Source of the DNA: Candidatus Micrarchaeota archaeon
GTDB lineage: Archaea; B1Sed10-29; B47-G15
Direction: 5' to 3'
Length of the DNA: 64,000 nucleotides
Assembly (NCBI GenBank): GCA_003660975.1
Contig: QMVG01000005.1
Span: 1 to 64,000 of the forward strand
The notes beneath the pieces are model-generated. The model was not told the origin of the DNA. It saw only the letters and a list, made by a program, of their open reading frames with translations, and made no database searches. Numbering within the stretch: position 1 is the first letter of the stretch; every line of letters begins with the position of its first letter. The position numbers were made by a program, and so were the translations under genes. Below are positions 9,056 to 19,148 of this stretch, in pieces.

Positions 9056-10378
9056 CTAGGCACCACAGCCGCCACTGCTTGCGCCGCTTCCTTCAAAACC
9101 AAAGCCAGGACTCGGCACAGTGCTGCTCAGAGAAGCAGTGCAGGCCTCTGGCTTTTCCTCAAATGCAGAACATATGAGTCTCAGCAGTGCAGACGGGCTT
9201 CTCTCAGCGCTTATTTCCTTGCCATTTATGATGAGTGTTGGAGAGCCCCTGACAGCATATTTTTTGACATCTTCTTCATAAACCTTGTACACTGGATATC
9301 TCCCAGACAGCCATGATGAGCGATTTTCATAATTTTTATTTATATCAAATTCAGCATCTGCTTCTGCCATGCAGTCGTTGATCTCTGTTTCATTTATTCC
9401 CAATCTTGATATGCAAGCTTCACTGTCCCCTGCTTCTAAGAAGCACCTAAGGTATGGCAGGAAGTTTTCTTTTTCCTCTTTTTGTATGCAGTACTGTCTA
9501 GTGTTTTCATCAATCTCTTTCTTCCCGTGCATTGCATAATCACAGAATTTCACGCTGAAATTTACATTATCTCCAAGAGCCTCTATAACAGGTATTATGG
9601 CCTTTTCCATCTGCGTTCCATAAGGGCAGTAGCTCATAACAAACAGTTCAACAGTGGGTACCTTTCTCTTTTCAAAAGCAGTGCTCTCCTCAAAGATTTC
9701 AACATTGGAGCGCTTCTTTAAATTTGTCATATACTGCTCTAAGACCAGCTTTCTCTTCTCATCCAGCAGGTAATTCTTTATGCTCTCCTTAACAGTGTCA
9801 TAAGGCAGTGTAATATTGTTGCTGATAAAACTGCCTTTGTTTGCTTCATAATAAGCTCTTGCCTCCATTTCGCTTACAGAAACATTCGCTAAAACCACCT
9901 CGTTCAGGTACTTGTTTATCGTAAATTCTCTTGCGAAGAAATTTAGCAAATCTTCATAGCCAAAGCTTTTGTTTTCTATGCTTTTCTCAAAACTGGTCCT
10001 GTTTTTTCCCATTCTGCTGATGCTCTCTTCCATATATGTCTCTGCTTTGCTCATGTTCATTGAATAACCATGGGAAATAGCATCTTGGTAAACCAATATC
10101 CTATCTATTATGTAATCAGGCGGCACCTGTGATTTATATGACTCATCAACACCATTTACAAAGAGCAGCATATCTACCTGCTTATTGTAATCAGAGAGGC
10201 TGAGTTTATAGCCATTTATCTCTGCAAACAATTGGACAGGACTCTCATTTTCCACAGGGTTTACTGAACAGCTGTTGCCCTCACAAGGAGAAGAGGCAGG
10301 ACTCACGGACAGAGCATAGAGTAAAAAAGAAGCCCCTATTAGCATGATAGCAACTGCAATGTAGCCTTCCTTTTTCAT
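9056..10378 (-). CDS. membrane-anchored SurA-N-like plus thioredoxin/DsbA-fold protein
   Basis: N-terminal TM, SurA-like helical region (VSEMEARAYYEANK), then ELFVMSYCPYG and the cis-Pro motif GSPTLIING. Confidence 0.75.
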   Translation of the reverse strand: MKKEGYIAVAIMLIGASFLLYALSVSPASSPCEGNSCSVNPVENESPVQLFAEINGYKLSLSDYNKQVDMLLFVNGVDESYKSQVPPDYIIDRILVYQDAISHGYSMNMSKAETYMEESISRMGKNRTSFEKSIENKSFGYEDLLNFFAREFTINKYLNEVVLANVSVSEMEARAYYEANKGSFISNNITLPYDTVKESIKNYLLDEKRKLVLEQYMTNLKKRSNVEIFEESTAFEKRKVPTVELFVMSYCPYGTQMEKAIIPVIEALGDNVNFSVKFCDYAMHGKKEIDENTRQYCIQKEEKENFLPYLRCFLEAGDSEACISRLGINETEINDCMAEADAEFDINKNYENRSSWLSGRYPVYKVYEEDVKKYAVRGSPTLIINGKEISAERSPSALLRLICSAFEEKPEACTASLSSTVPSPGFGFEGSGASSGGCGA

Positions 10379-10424
10379 ACGAAAGAACTCTCAAAATTTG
10401 ATGTTATTTTTCTGTTTTTGCCTT

Positions 10425-11654
10425 TTATAAGCTTGTTGGTATCTCGCCATATTCACTCTCTCTTGGTATTATCTTTGCCATCAGCTTCCCTTCCAGGTCC
10501 TGTAAGACATTCATGAAGTTCATAAATGCGTAGTATGGCGACTCCACGTGCTCTGAGAAGTACTTGTGTATGTCACCATCAGACCACCATTTAGTGCACA
10601 TATAATAGATATGGTCACTTGTCTGCAATCTTCTCCAAGCCTCTTTTAATTTGATGTCTCTTGCCCTCTTCACATATGACTCCAGAGCTTTTAACTTATT
10701 GAAGGCTGTTTTCTGCATCTCATTGCCGAGCCAAGCAGATAAGTCCCTGTCCATATCAGCCCATGAGCTGTAATAAGGCACGTCTATCTCATCAACTGCC
10801 TTCATTTTTATGAGCTCATTTATGCCTACAAAATCAAGGTGCTCATAGGCAAGCACGTGTTCTGGCAAGTGCCTCATGAAATCAAAAATTCCCGTTTCCT
10901 TCCACTGATGCTCTCCAAACGTCTCATAGTCCATAAAGAGGTTTATCACCTCTCCAGGACTTGCTGCCAGCCACGCAGCATACTTATCTGCTGTTAGCGG
11001 AAATTCTTCCCAATACGGTGTTGAAAACCTAAATGAAATGTCATCTGAGAGCTTGTAGTTTCTCAGGAAGAGTTTTATCTTGCTGCCTTTTGCCTGGTAG
11101 ACATAGTTCGGAGAGCGCCAGCCTAGGTATGAGTGCCAGCCTTCAGCCACTATGCCTTTATAACCCAAATCCTTTACTGTTCTTGCAATGTCATTTGAAT
11201 ACATAGCCTCAGTGTTTCTGAAAACCTTTGGCTTGTAATTGAAAAGCTCCTTAAAGAGCTTCCTGTGCATCTTTACCTGCTCTTTGAACTCCTCTTCGCT
11301 TATCAAATAGGCAAGGGAATGGTAATATGTCTCGTCTAAGAGGTCTACATGCCCTGTTTTTACCAGGTCCTGGAAGCTTTGTATCAATTCTGGTTCAAAT
11401 TCCTGTGCCTGTTCTATCCAGGTGCCTGTGATACTGAACGAGACCTTAAACTTCCCCTCGTATTTCTCTATTAAGTCAAGAAGCAATCTATTGCTCGGAA
11501 AATAGCATTTTCTTGCAGCTCTCAGGAATATCTCCTTATTGAGCTTTTTGTCGAAATACTCTGTTCCATTGCCTATATCAAAGACAGAGTACTGTCTCAA
11601 CCTGTGCGGCTGATGGACGTGAAAGTACATAACTACATGTGTCATCATTATCAC
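10425..11654 (-). CDS. glycoside hydrolase family 57 (alpha-amylase-like)
   Basis: FHVHQP, ETYYHSL, FRNTE (nucleophile), MDYETFGEH, QTSDH. Confidence 0.93.
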   Translation of the reverse strand: MIMMTHVVMYFHVHQPHRLRQYSVFDIGNGTEYFDKKLNKEIFLRAARKCYFPSNRLLLDLIEKYEGKFKVSFSITGTWIEQAQEFEPELIQSFQDLVKTGHVDLLDETYYHSLAYLISEEEFKEQVKMHRKLFKELFNYKPKVFRNTEAMYSNDIARTVKDLGYKGIVAEGWHSYLGWRSPNYVYQAKGSKIKLFLRNYKLSDDISFRFSTPYWEEFPLTADKYAAWLAASPGEVINLFMDYETFGEHQWKETGIFDFMRHLPEHVLAYEHLDFVGINELIKMKAVDEIDVPYYSSWADMDRDLSAWLGNEMQKTAFNKLKALESYVKRARDIKLKEAWRRLQTSDHIYYMCTKWWSDGDIHKYFSEHVESPYYAFMNFMNVLQDLEGKLMAKIIPRESEYGEIPTSL

Positions 11655-12781
11655 CCGTAAACTGCCATTTTATAGGCCTTTATTGTCTCTTCAGCTATTT
11701 TGTCCCATGTGAGGTGTTTTATCTCTTTTTTGCCATTCCTTGACATCTCCCTCGCCATTGGTGGGTACATGAGAAGCCCAAGTATAAGCTCAGCCATCTT
11801 ATTTACATCCCAGAAATCCACCTTGAACGCACTCCTGACAACCTCTGATGCCCCTGACTCTTTGCTTATGACAACAGGGGTGCCTGCTGCCACTGCTTCA
11901 AGCACTGTTATGCCAAATGGTTCAGAGACGCTCGGAAGCACGTAAACATCACTTATCGCATAATATTTTGGCTTTTCCTCTTCAGGCACGAAGCCAAGAA
12001 ACATTACCTTGTCTGAGATGCCCAGGTCTATTGCCTGCTTTATCAACTGAGGCAGCATATCTCCTGTACCTGCTATAAGGAATTTGACATTTCTAAACCT
12101 CTCCACAACCTTCTTGGCTGCATTTAGGAAGTAATCAGGCCCTTTCTGGACGAAAAGCCTTCCGAGGTACAGGACTATCTTGCTGTTGCCTAAGCCGTGC
12201 TCTCTCCTGAATTGCTGTTCAAACCTCTCCTGGTCAACTGCGTTGTATATGACAACTATTTTGCGCGGGTCAACTCCTAATTTTTCCACTAGGTTTCTCT
12301 TCATATAATAGGAATTGGCAATTATCAGGTCAGCGTTATAATAGCCTGTTTTTTCTTTCTCCACAATGTAGCTCCATGGGTCATGCGGTGTTCTCATGTA
12401 CTCAATGGCATGCGCATGGCAGATCAGGGGCTTTCCAGTGATCTTCTTCAATCTGACCGCTGCGTCAAAGACCATCCAGTCCTGGGCATGTATCACATCA
12501 AAGCTCTCGTGCAGGCACCTTTTTACAAGCAGATTATTGTAGTCCTCTATACTGCCTTTGAACACCATTGCTTCTTTCTCATTGTATGAACCAAATTCAA
12601 ATCCAGGACCTACTTCAACAACCTTGACGAAATCAGAGCGAACCTTCTTCATCCTTTTGGGAAGTACATAGATGACATCAATACCTTTAGCACTGAGCTG
12701 TTTGGTAAGCTCGTAGCAGTAGACTCCCAAGCCTCCTGTTATATACGGTGGGAATTCCCATCCCAATATAAGAACCCTCAT
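11651..12781 (-). CDS. GT4 glycosyltransferase (alpha-glucan/glycogen synthase-like)
   Basis: GWEFPPYITGGLG, HAQDW, GRLFVQKG, PSVSEPFGITVLEA. Confidence 0.88.
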   Translation of the reverse strand: MRVLILGWEFPPYITGGLGVYCYELTKQLSAKGIDVIYVLPKRMKKVRSDFVKVVEVGPGFEFGSYNEKEAMVFKGSIEDYNNLLVKRCLHESFDVIHAQDWMVFDAAVRLKKITGKPLICHAHAIEYMRTPHDPWSYIVEKEKTGYYNADLIIANSYYMKRNLVEKLGVDPRKIVVIYNAVDQERFEQQFRREHGLGNSKIVLYLGRLFVQKGPDYFLNAAKKVVERFRNVKFLIAGTGDMLPQLIKQAIDLGISDKVMFLGFVPEEEKPKYYAISDVYVLPSVSEPFGITVLEAVAAGTPVVISKESGASEVVRSAFKVDFWDVNKMAELILGLLMYPPMAREMSRNGKKEIKHLTWDKIAEETIKAYKMAVYG

Positions 12782-12793
12782 TTCAGCTCTCTC

Positions 12794-13672
12794 TTAAAGT
12801 TTTCCTTGTAGGTATTCTGCCGCTACCCTATTAGCGTACTCTGCTGTCTCTCGGAGCTCCCAGTTGTTCACAAGGCCCTTTATGAAGGCTGCATTGAAGG
12901 CATCCCCGCTTCCAACAGGGTTCTTAACAGTTAGCTTCACAGCAGGACTCTTAAAGCTCAATTCCCTGCTGCACACATATGCGCCCTTTGCTCCTAGGTG
13001 TACCACCACCATCTTAGTGAATTTCATCAGTTTTGAGCATGCTGATGATATGCTTCTGCCACCCATCAGTGAGAGCAGTTCTCTCTTGTTCAGGAAGAGA
13101 ACATCGGCGTAGTTAAGAGCCCGGAACAACTGCTTCCTCCGTGCATCAGACCATCCCCTGTAATTCCACCCGATCCCAAGGGATGTCTGCCTATTATTCT
13201 GTTTTTCGAACTTAAATAATGTTGTGTTCCCACCATTGAGTAGTAACTTGTTATGCCAGTAACCTCCTCTAAATAGATGCTTTGAGGAAAGCAGCAGGGT
13301 TTTGTCTATGTCCTTAAGAGAGAGCAGCTCATTCACGCCGTTATCTGTGATAAATGCCCTATCTCCTTTCTTCAGCCGTATGGCCATTGTAATTGCCGTC
13401 TTGCCCCTTTTCCTCACTAGATGCCTGTCAAGGCCTAGTTTTCCAAGCTCTGTTTTAAGCCATTTGCCTGCGAAATCTCCAGCAATTGGGGCGATTAGAG
13501 CTGTTTTAAGCCCTATTTTAGTGCCTACAACAGCAGTATTTGTTGCCTCTCCTCCAATTTGAGCCCTTATCTTTGTGCTGAGCTGGGTCTCAGGACTTGG
13601 GTAATCTCCTATGTCCTCTGTAACCAAATCCAGGTTAAGGTCTCCCACGCAAAGCAAGTCATATTTGTCCAC
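12794..13672 (-). CDS. PfkB family carbohydrate kinase
   Basis: GGEATNTA, LNKREL, C-terminal NPVGSGDAFNAAF. Confidence 0.88.
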   Translation of the reverse strand: MDKYDLLCVGDLNLDLVTEDIGDYPSPETQLSTKIRAQIGGEATNTAVVGTKIGLKTALIAPIAGDFAGKWLKTELGKLGLDRHLVRKRGKTAITMAIRLKKGDRAFITDNGVNELLSLKDIDKTLLLSSKHLFRGGYWHNKLLLNGGNTTLFKFEKQNNRQTSLGIGWNYRGWSDARRKQLFRALNYADVLFLNKRELLSLMGGRSISSACSKLMKFTKMVVVHLGAKGAYVCSRELSFKSPAVKLTVKNPVGSGDAFNAAFIKGLVNNWELRETAEYANRVAAEYLQGKL

Positions 13673-13690
13673 ATTCCCACCGAGTAGTAG

Positions 13691-14350
13691 TTACAACGAT
13701 TCAAACAATTCTGCCAGGTCCTTAATTAGCTGCTTTTTGTTTTTGGACTTGGCAATCCATGAAGCCACCAGGATGCCCTTAGCACCTATCTGAAATGCCA
13801 TTTCCACATCTTTAAGGCTGCTTATCCCGGCTCCGCACCACAGTGGAATCCTCTTCCTCCTGCCAAGAGTTGCAGCTTCTTCCAATACAGAGACCTTTGC
13901 CCTTGATACAGAAATGCCTGTTGCTATGAGCTCTGGAGGTTCATAGACAAGCACGTTTGGTCTTAGGGCAGAGATCTGCTTCAGGTCTGCCATATTATTT
14001 GCACAGCAAACAGTCATAAGCCTATTTTTCTTGCACATAGCTATCAGCTGCTTCAAGCTAGCTTTATCAAGCCTGTGTTCAGAGTGATTTAGAAGAGTCC
14101 CTTTGCAAGAAGCTTGCTTGATGGAGTAGGGACTTACAAAGCCAGTATGTCTTCCTGGCTCAATCGGGTCAACGTGCTGAGAAAAAACAGCTATATTGGT
14201 ATTCATACTTATTAAGGAGATATCCACCATCTGAGGTGCTACTCCTATATGTCTATCAGCGTATTTTTCAATGATTTTTGCTAATTCAAGACCTTTTTTC
14301 CCACTTAGCTCTCTGTAAGTCTTATAATTTACAATTGCTTTTAGCTGCAT
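13691..14350 (-). CDS. tpiA: triosephosphate isomerase, archaeal type
   Basis: NYKTY, LLNHSE, YEPPELI, CGAGI, LVAS. Confidence 0.93.
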   Translation of the reverse strand: MQLKAIVNYKTYRELSGKKGLELAKIIEKYADRHIGVAPQMVDISLISMNTNIAVFSQHVDPIEPGRHTGFVSPYSIKQASCKGTLLNHSEHRLDKASLKQLIAMCKKNRLMTVCCANNMADLKQISALRPNVLVYEPPELIATGISVSRAKVSVLEEAATLGRRKRIPLWCGAGISSLKDVEMAFQIGAKGILVASWIAKSKNKKQLIKDLAELFESL

Positions 14351-14359
14351 TCCTATCCC

Positions 14360-14452
14360 TTAAGATACTACAAGAGTATATGCTGCAGCAACCACAACTA
14401 TGCCTATAATTATACCAGCCCAGAGTTTTATGTTCTTCCACATCTTCTCCAT
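14360..14452 (-). CDS. 30-aa single-TM microprotein (not in ORF track)
   Basis: MEKMWKNIKLWAGIIIGIVVVAAAYTLVVS*. SD GGTGGTGG and an upstream TTTAAAG box; fills the pgk-tpiA gap. Confidence 0.65.
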   Translation of the reverse strand: MEKMWKNIKLWAGIIIGIVVVAAAYTLVVS

Positions 14453-14496
14453 ACCACCACCCCATAATAGCAAGGATTATAACTTTAAAAAGTTTG

Positions 14497-15711
14497 CTAT
14501 CTAGCATAAAGTATTCTGAGGCCAGGCAATTCCCTTCCAGATAAGTAGTGTACCAGTGCACCTCCACCCATACAAACGTAATTAAACTGTTTTATGTTGA
14601 ATTTAAGCATTTTTAGGGCCTCTATGGTGTTTCCGCCCCCTATGAATGAATGGCCAGCAGTGTTAGCAGCTGCCTTAAGCAATTCTCTTGTTCCTACCTC
14701 AAAGCCTTTGTTTTCATATATGCCTGCTGGTCCTTTGACAACAACAGTGCCTGCATTGTTTATCTCTTTCGCATATCTCTTGTAGGTTCTTGTGCCTATA
14801 TCCATTATCATGTAATTTGTAGGAAGCTCTGTAAGGCTTATCTCCTTTCTTCTGCCTCTCACACTTATTGCCAGGTCTACAGGTGTTCTTATCTTGTCTC
14901 CAAATCTCCCATAGAGCTTTTCAGCCCTCTCAAGGTACTGCATCCAGCCGCCCTCTTCGTGCTTTTTAAACGTTTTCTTTCCGAGCTCATATCCTTGAGC
15001 CATCAGAAACAGCTCTCCTGGCACTCCGCAGCTGAGCACAGCATCCATCTCTCCCTTGGGCATCATATATTCCATTAAAGCAAAAACATCATCTGGCTTT
15101 CCTCCTCCCAGCACAAAGATATTTGGAGGCACTGCGTGCTTTTTTATCTCGTCAAGATATGTAACTGCCTTTTCCATTGCCCTGCCAGCAATGCATGGAA
15201 GTATGTGATAGAAGCCCACAACAGTAGCATGGCTTCTGTGACTTACGCTGAAGGCATCAAGAACAAAGAGGTTTCCATAATATGCCAATGTCTGAATTAA
15301 TGGGCTTTTAGCGTGTTCTTCAGGACTTTTCTCAAGCATCTCATATGGGTCTTTCCTGATATTGTCAAGCATGATGACGTCTCCCTGCCTTAACCCTTTT
15401 ATCGCCTTTATGGCTTTTTCTCCCCTTATGTCTGGAACAAATACAATCTTCTTTCCAACGTATTTAGACAGTAATCTAGCATGTTGTTTTAAGTCAATGA
15501 AGTCTTTTGCACCAGGCCTCCCCTGGTGTGATATTAAAACTATTTTGGCCTTTTTCTTGATTAGCTCCTTTATAGTTTCTGCATGGGATTCAAATCTTGG
15601 GTGCTCTCTAATTTTTCCATTAGTAGAAACAGGAACATTTACGTCTATCCTAACCAAGGTTACCTTGCCTTTGAAATCGTAATTATCCATCGTCTGTAGC
15701 ATTTTGCTCAT
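14497..15711 (-). CDS. pgk: phosphoglycerate kinase
   Basis: RIDVNVP, SHQGRPG, DAFSVSHR, LGGGK, GGGNT, MGGGAL. Confidence 0.96.
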   Translation of the reverse strand: MSKMLQTMDNYDFKGKVTLVRIDVNVPVSTNGKIREHPRFESHAETIKELIKKKAKIVLISHQGRPGAKDFIDLKQHARLLSKYVGKKIVFVPDIRGEKAIKAIKGLRQGDVIMLDNIRKDPYEMLEKSPEEHAKSPLIQTLAYYGNLFVLDAFSVSHRSHATVVGFYHILPCIAGRAMEKAVTYLDEIKKHAVPPNIFVLGGGKPDDVFALMEYMMPKGEMDAVLSCGVPGELFLMAQGYELGKKTFKKHEEGGWMQYLERAEKLYGRFGDKIRTPVDLAISVRGRRKEISLTELPTNYMIMDIGTRTYKRYAKEINNAGTVVVKGPAGIYENKGFEVGTRELLKAAANTAGHSFIGGGNTIEALKMLKFNIKQFNYVCMGGGALVHYLSGRELPGLRILYAR

Positions 15712-15714
15712 CTC

Positions 15715-16752
15715 TTAAGGTTTGCCGAAAATACCAAGAGACTCATTCGTCATTTTTATGCTCCTCATTGGGTCTTCCTCAATACCTGTTATAGCTCTTA
15801 TAGCATCTATATTTTCTGGAATAACAATTGCCTCTGAATGCACTGCATGCATCCAGTACACTGTGTCCTCTTCAACTGTTACTGATTCATCCCAAATAAC
15901 TGTCTCATACATGTCATATCTTGGTCTCAGTAAGTCTCTAAAGCGCTCTATTATAAGAGCAGTGTCTGAATAGCCGTCAGAGCCTTTTAATAACAGCACT
16001 CTAGGGGTGTTTGAGAGAATCTCCTTCACTTTTTCCTTCTCAGCATCAGCCTTTAGCTCAACTGCTACCATATGTGTATGGGCCAAAGTAGTTGGAACTT
16101 TAACTGCCATTGTTTCGACTCTCAGGTCATGGATTATCGTTTGCAAGTCTGGGCCATGGTGTGAAGGAAGAGGTAAAACAGGCACTATGGCATTTATAGG
16201 GCCTTTTCTTGCATCCCACGGGTCCACAGCTCTTCTGACCAATGAAACAATTGCTCTTCTCACATCAAAGTTCTGTTTTATAGCTCCTATAGTCCTTGCA
16301 AGAGAAGTAGTGTTACAGCTCACCACCCTTGTGCTTTTCTTATTGAAAGATTCCAAATAGTTTACATTTGCATTAAAACTGACCTCTGCTATACTCGCCT
16401 TTGCTCCACCCTCATAAACCTGTTTTACATTGTACTTTTCGTAGAGTCCTTTGTTTTTCTCTTCAATTCCTGCAGGTGTGGCATCAACTACTACATCAAT
16501 TTCCCCTGAAGCCAGCACTTCCTCCAGCGTGCCCTCAGGATTTAAACCTGCTTCTGCCAGTGTGTTCTGGGCCTCTGGCAAGCTCGCGTAAAGCTTGACT
16601 CCTTTTAATGGACCATCAAGGACAGACCTAAGCACTGCTGTTGCTGAAACATCAGATACTCCTGCTAATGTCATGTCTTTTTGAAGCCTAACTGCGTGTG
16701 CAACTCTTTTTCCTATAGCACCGACGCCGTTTACAAGGACCTTGACTGTCAT
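15715..16752 (-). CDS. gap: glyceraldehyde-3-phosphate dehydrogenase, archaeal type II
   Basis: NGVGAIGKRVA, VVSCNTT, PSHHGPD, IVIPENIDAIRA. Confidence 0.96.
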   Translation of the reverse strand: MTVKVLVNGVGAIGKRVAHAVRLQKDMTLAGVSDVSATAVLRSVLDGPLKGVKLYASLPEAQNTLAEAGLNPEGTLEEVLASGEIDVVVDATPAGIEEKNKGLYEKYNVKQVYEGGAKASIAEVSFNANVNYLESFNKKSTRVVSCNTTSLARTIGAIKQNFDVRRAIVSLVRRAVDPWDARKGPINAIVPVLPLPSHHGPDLQTIIHDLRVETMAVKVPTTLAHTHMVAVELKADAEKEKVKEILSNTPRVLLLKGSDGYSDTALIIERFRDLLRPRYDMYETVIWDESVTVEEDTVYWMHAVHSEAIVIPENIDAIRAITGIEEDPMRSIKMTNESLGIFGKP

Positions 16753-16806
16753 ATCAAAACAGAAGGAAGAAAGGATTTTTAAACATTGCTGTCATTATTC
16801 TTTTGT

Positions 16807-17019
16807 ATGGCTAAACTGGAAAGTAATCTGCGCTATATCTTAAAAGCAGATGAGATAAAGATACTCCTCTTTCTCGTGCTTGGTCTCTCTTTTGTGTCTA
16901 TATTTACTATGCTTTGCTATAATTGCAATCCATTTCTGTACAACTTTGTCACGCTTTTGCTTTTGATTTCAGCATATCTGCTGAGCTGTATAATTATCTT
17001 TTGGGAGAGACACAGCTAA
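16807..17019 (+). CDS. small 2-TM hypothetical membrane protein
   Basis: Two hydrophobic segments around CYNC; fills the gap between gap and the aldolase gene. Confidence 0.5.
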   Translation: MAKLESNLRYILKADEIKILLFLVLGLSFVSIFTMLCYNCNPFLYNFVTLLLLISAYLLSCIIIFWERHS

Positions 17020-17022
17020 AGC

Positions 17023-17736
17023 TCAGCGCTTCTTTTTGACTATCCTAACAACCTTTTTTAGAAATGAAACCGCATCATCTCTTGCCCAGACATTTCTCCC
17101 AACAGCAACACCTGCGGCCCCTGATTTCATGACTTCCTCAACTGTTTGTAAGTATACATCTCTATGTTCCAATTTTCCCCCAGAAGCGAAAACTGGCTTA
17201 AAGGCAGCTTTAACCACATTAGCAAAACCGCTGTTTTTTGGGTGATATGTCTTTATAAAGTCAAAACCGATTTCACTGCCAATCCTGGCCGCATACATTA
17301 CATCTCTCTCATTATACCTCGTCGGAGTTCTTGGATAAACAATTCCCAAGACAGGCAGCTTTCTTTTATGCGCTTCCTCTTTTATATAGGCTGCCAATCT
17401 CAGCATATGCTGCTCGTCATTTGAACCTGGATATACAGTGCACGCAAACACATCTGGTTTATATCTCATAGCATCAGCTACTGTGGTATGCATCTCCTGC
17501 ATCTCCCTTTTGCTGAGAGAGCTTTTTCCGGTTAGTTTTACAATCCTTACTAACTTTCCTGTATTTCCAACTATTTCCCAGCTGCCGCTGTTCATCATTA
17601 GAGCATCTGCTCCTCCTTTTAGAGCTATCTTTGCTATTCGCTTAGGGTCCATATCCACATCTGGATATGACTGAGGCCCATGTTCAAAACCATGGTCAAA
17701 TGCAATTATTACCGCAGGTGTTTTTAGCTTTCTCAT
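17023..17736 (-). CDS. class I fructose-bisphosphate aldolase (DhnA/FbaB family)
   Basis: AFDHGFEHGP, YPR, Schiff-base lysine in DFIKT, SGG, GVAVGRNVW. Confidence 0.88.
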   Translation of the reverse strand: MRKLKTPAVIIAFDHGFEHGPQSYPDVDMDPKRIAKIALKGGADALMMNSGSWEIVGNTGKLVRIVKLTGKSSLSKREMQEMHTTVADAMRYKPDVFACTVYPGSNDEQHMLRLAAYIKEEAHKRKLPVLGIVYPRTPTRYNERDVMYAARIGSEIGFDFIKTYHPKNSGFANVVKAAFKPVFASGGKLEHRDVYLQTVEEVMKSGAAGVAVGRNVWARDDAVSFLKKVVRIVKKKR

Positions 17737-18704
17737 ATGAACCTCGCCTTGAAACGTTTTAATTGATACAGATTTGGAATGCCTTCCTGAGCGCCTGCCT
17801 TTGTTATTACCATAGCACTTAGCTTGGCTCCCAAATCCATCGATTCCTCAATATTTTGTGAATGCAATTCACCGTAAATAAAGCCAGCTGCGTAGGCATC
17901 TCCTGCTCCTGTGGTATCTGCAACCTTTACCCTATACGCTCTGTGCTCGTAATACTTACCGTCAACATATGCGGCACTGCCTTTTGTTCCTCTAAGTACT
18001 ACAACGGTCTTAGGCCCCATCGATGCTGCTTTTTCCATGGCTTTTTTCATATTTTTTTCACCCATCAAAGCAGAAATCTCCTCTTCATTCAGTATAAGCG
18101 TATTAGAATATTTCATGAGGTTCAGCAATGTTCTAGCTTTTTCTTTTATCATTGAGATGCTTGGGGCCAATGCCAGATAATTGTTGTTTTCCCTGCATAT
18201 CCTGCCTGCTTTCAAGGCAGCATTAGCAGCTGTTAAGCTTGTCATGCTTGTTATTACAACTGCCTTTGAGTGTTTAATGAATGTGTCAGGAACATCCTGC
18301 GGATTTATGTGATTTAAGGCACCCCTGTCAATTACGAGCGTCTTTTCATTTTCATAACCTACAAGGTTTATAGAAGCAGCTGTGTTCACTCCTATTGTTC
18401 TTTTAAGATATGTGGTATCAACATTAAGTTCTTTTAAGTGATTTATTATTATGTTCCCGTAAACATCATCACCAACACGTGATATTACATATGTGTTTTC
18501 TCCTAATTTACTCAACGCTGAGGCGATGTTGCAAGCGCTACCACCAGGGTGAATTACAATGCTCTCTGCATTGTGTTTCGTTCCCTCTTCAATAGCAATA
18601 AATGTTTTTCCCTTACTTTTTATACTTCTGAATTCTTTTGACTTCACAGTCATGTCAACAGTAGCACTCCCTAAACAGACAATTCTATCCTCATTTTCTT
18701 GCAT
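17733..18704 (-). CDS. PfkB family kinase (candidate ATP-dependent phosphofructokinase or fructokinase)
   Basis: PGGSACNIA, VGDDVYG, LNEEE, DTTGAGDAYAAGF; translationally coupled to the aldolase. Confidence 0.88.
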   Translation of the reverse strand: MQENEDRIVCLGSATVDMTVKSKEFRSIKSKGKTFIAIEEGTKHNAESIVIHPGGSACNIASALSKLGENTYVISRVGDDVYGNIIINHLKELNVDTTYLKRTIGVNTAASINLVGYENEKTLVIDRGALNHINPQDVPDTFIKHSKAVVITSMTSLTAANAALKAGRICRENNNYLALAPSISMIKEKARTLLNLMKYSNTLILNEEEISALMGEKNMKKAMEKAASMGPKTVVVLRGTKGSAAYVDGKYYEHRAYRVKVADTTGAGDAYAAGFIYGELHSQNIEESMDLGAKLSAMVITKAGAQEGIPNLYQLKRFKARFI

Positions 18705-18820
18705 GTAACCACTCTCTAGTGATTTAAAATTTATGCTCCTTATAGTGATAATGAAGCAAAAGTATTTAAGTTTATTTGTTTAAATAATATTATCTACTTG
18801 GAGAGGTCGGAAGGGGTGTT

Positions 18821-19138
18821 ATGAGAAGTAAAAAAAGCAAAACTAGGAGAACTAAGAAAAAGGTCAGCAAAAAGGTCTCAAATGACAAAGCCTTCTACTT
18901 TAACACTTGGCAGGGCTTTACAGGTATAAAAGCCAAAAGTTTGGAAGAGTTTAAAAAAGCAATAAAAGTGGTTCCAATTGAATCACTATATTATCATCTC
19001 AGGGAGGATAAGAACGACTTTTCAGCTTGGTTGAGAGGGGTGCTCAACGAAAAAAAGATTGCAGACGAGATAGACAAAATCAAGTCGGAGATGCTTGAAG
19101 GAGAGCATCTTAGAAGAGCGATTTACTTCCATCTTTGA
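18821..19138 (+). CDS. DUF5752-like small protein with basic N-terminal tail
   Basis: AFYF...AKSLEEF...VPIESLYYHL...NDFSAWL pattern. Confidence 0.75.
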   Translation: MRSKKSKTRRTKKKVSKKVSNDKAFYFNTWQGFTGIKAKSLEEFKKAIKVVPIESLYYHLREDKNDFSAWLRGVLNEKKIADEIDKIKSEMLEGEHLRRAIYFHL

Positions 19139-19148
19139 GGTGAAATGT

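Noticed and set aside
14322-14567. 81-aa Cys-containing ORF from the track
   Set aside because: Overlaps both pgk and tpiA; the 30-aa ORF in another frame has the SD and fits the gap.
18710-18760. Possible TrmB-type glycolytic operator (TATCAC-N5-GTGATA)
   Set aside because: Only two direct TAGTGAT half-sites; no palindrome.
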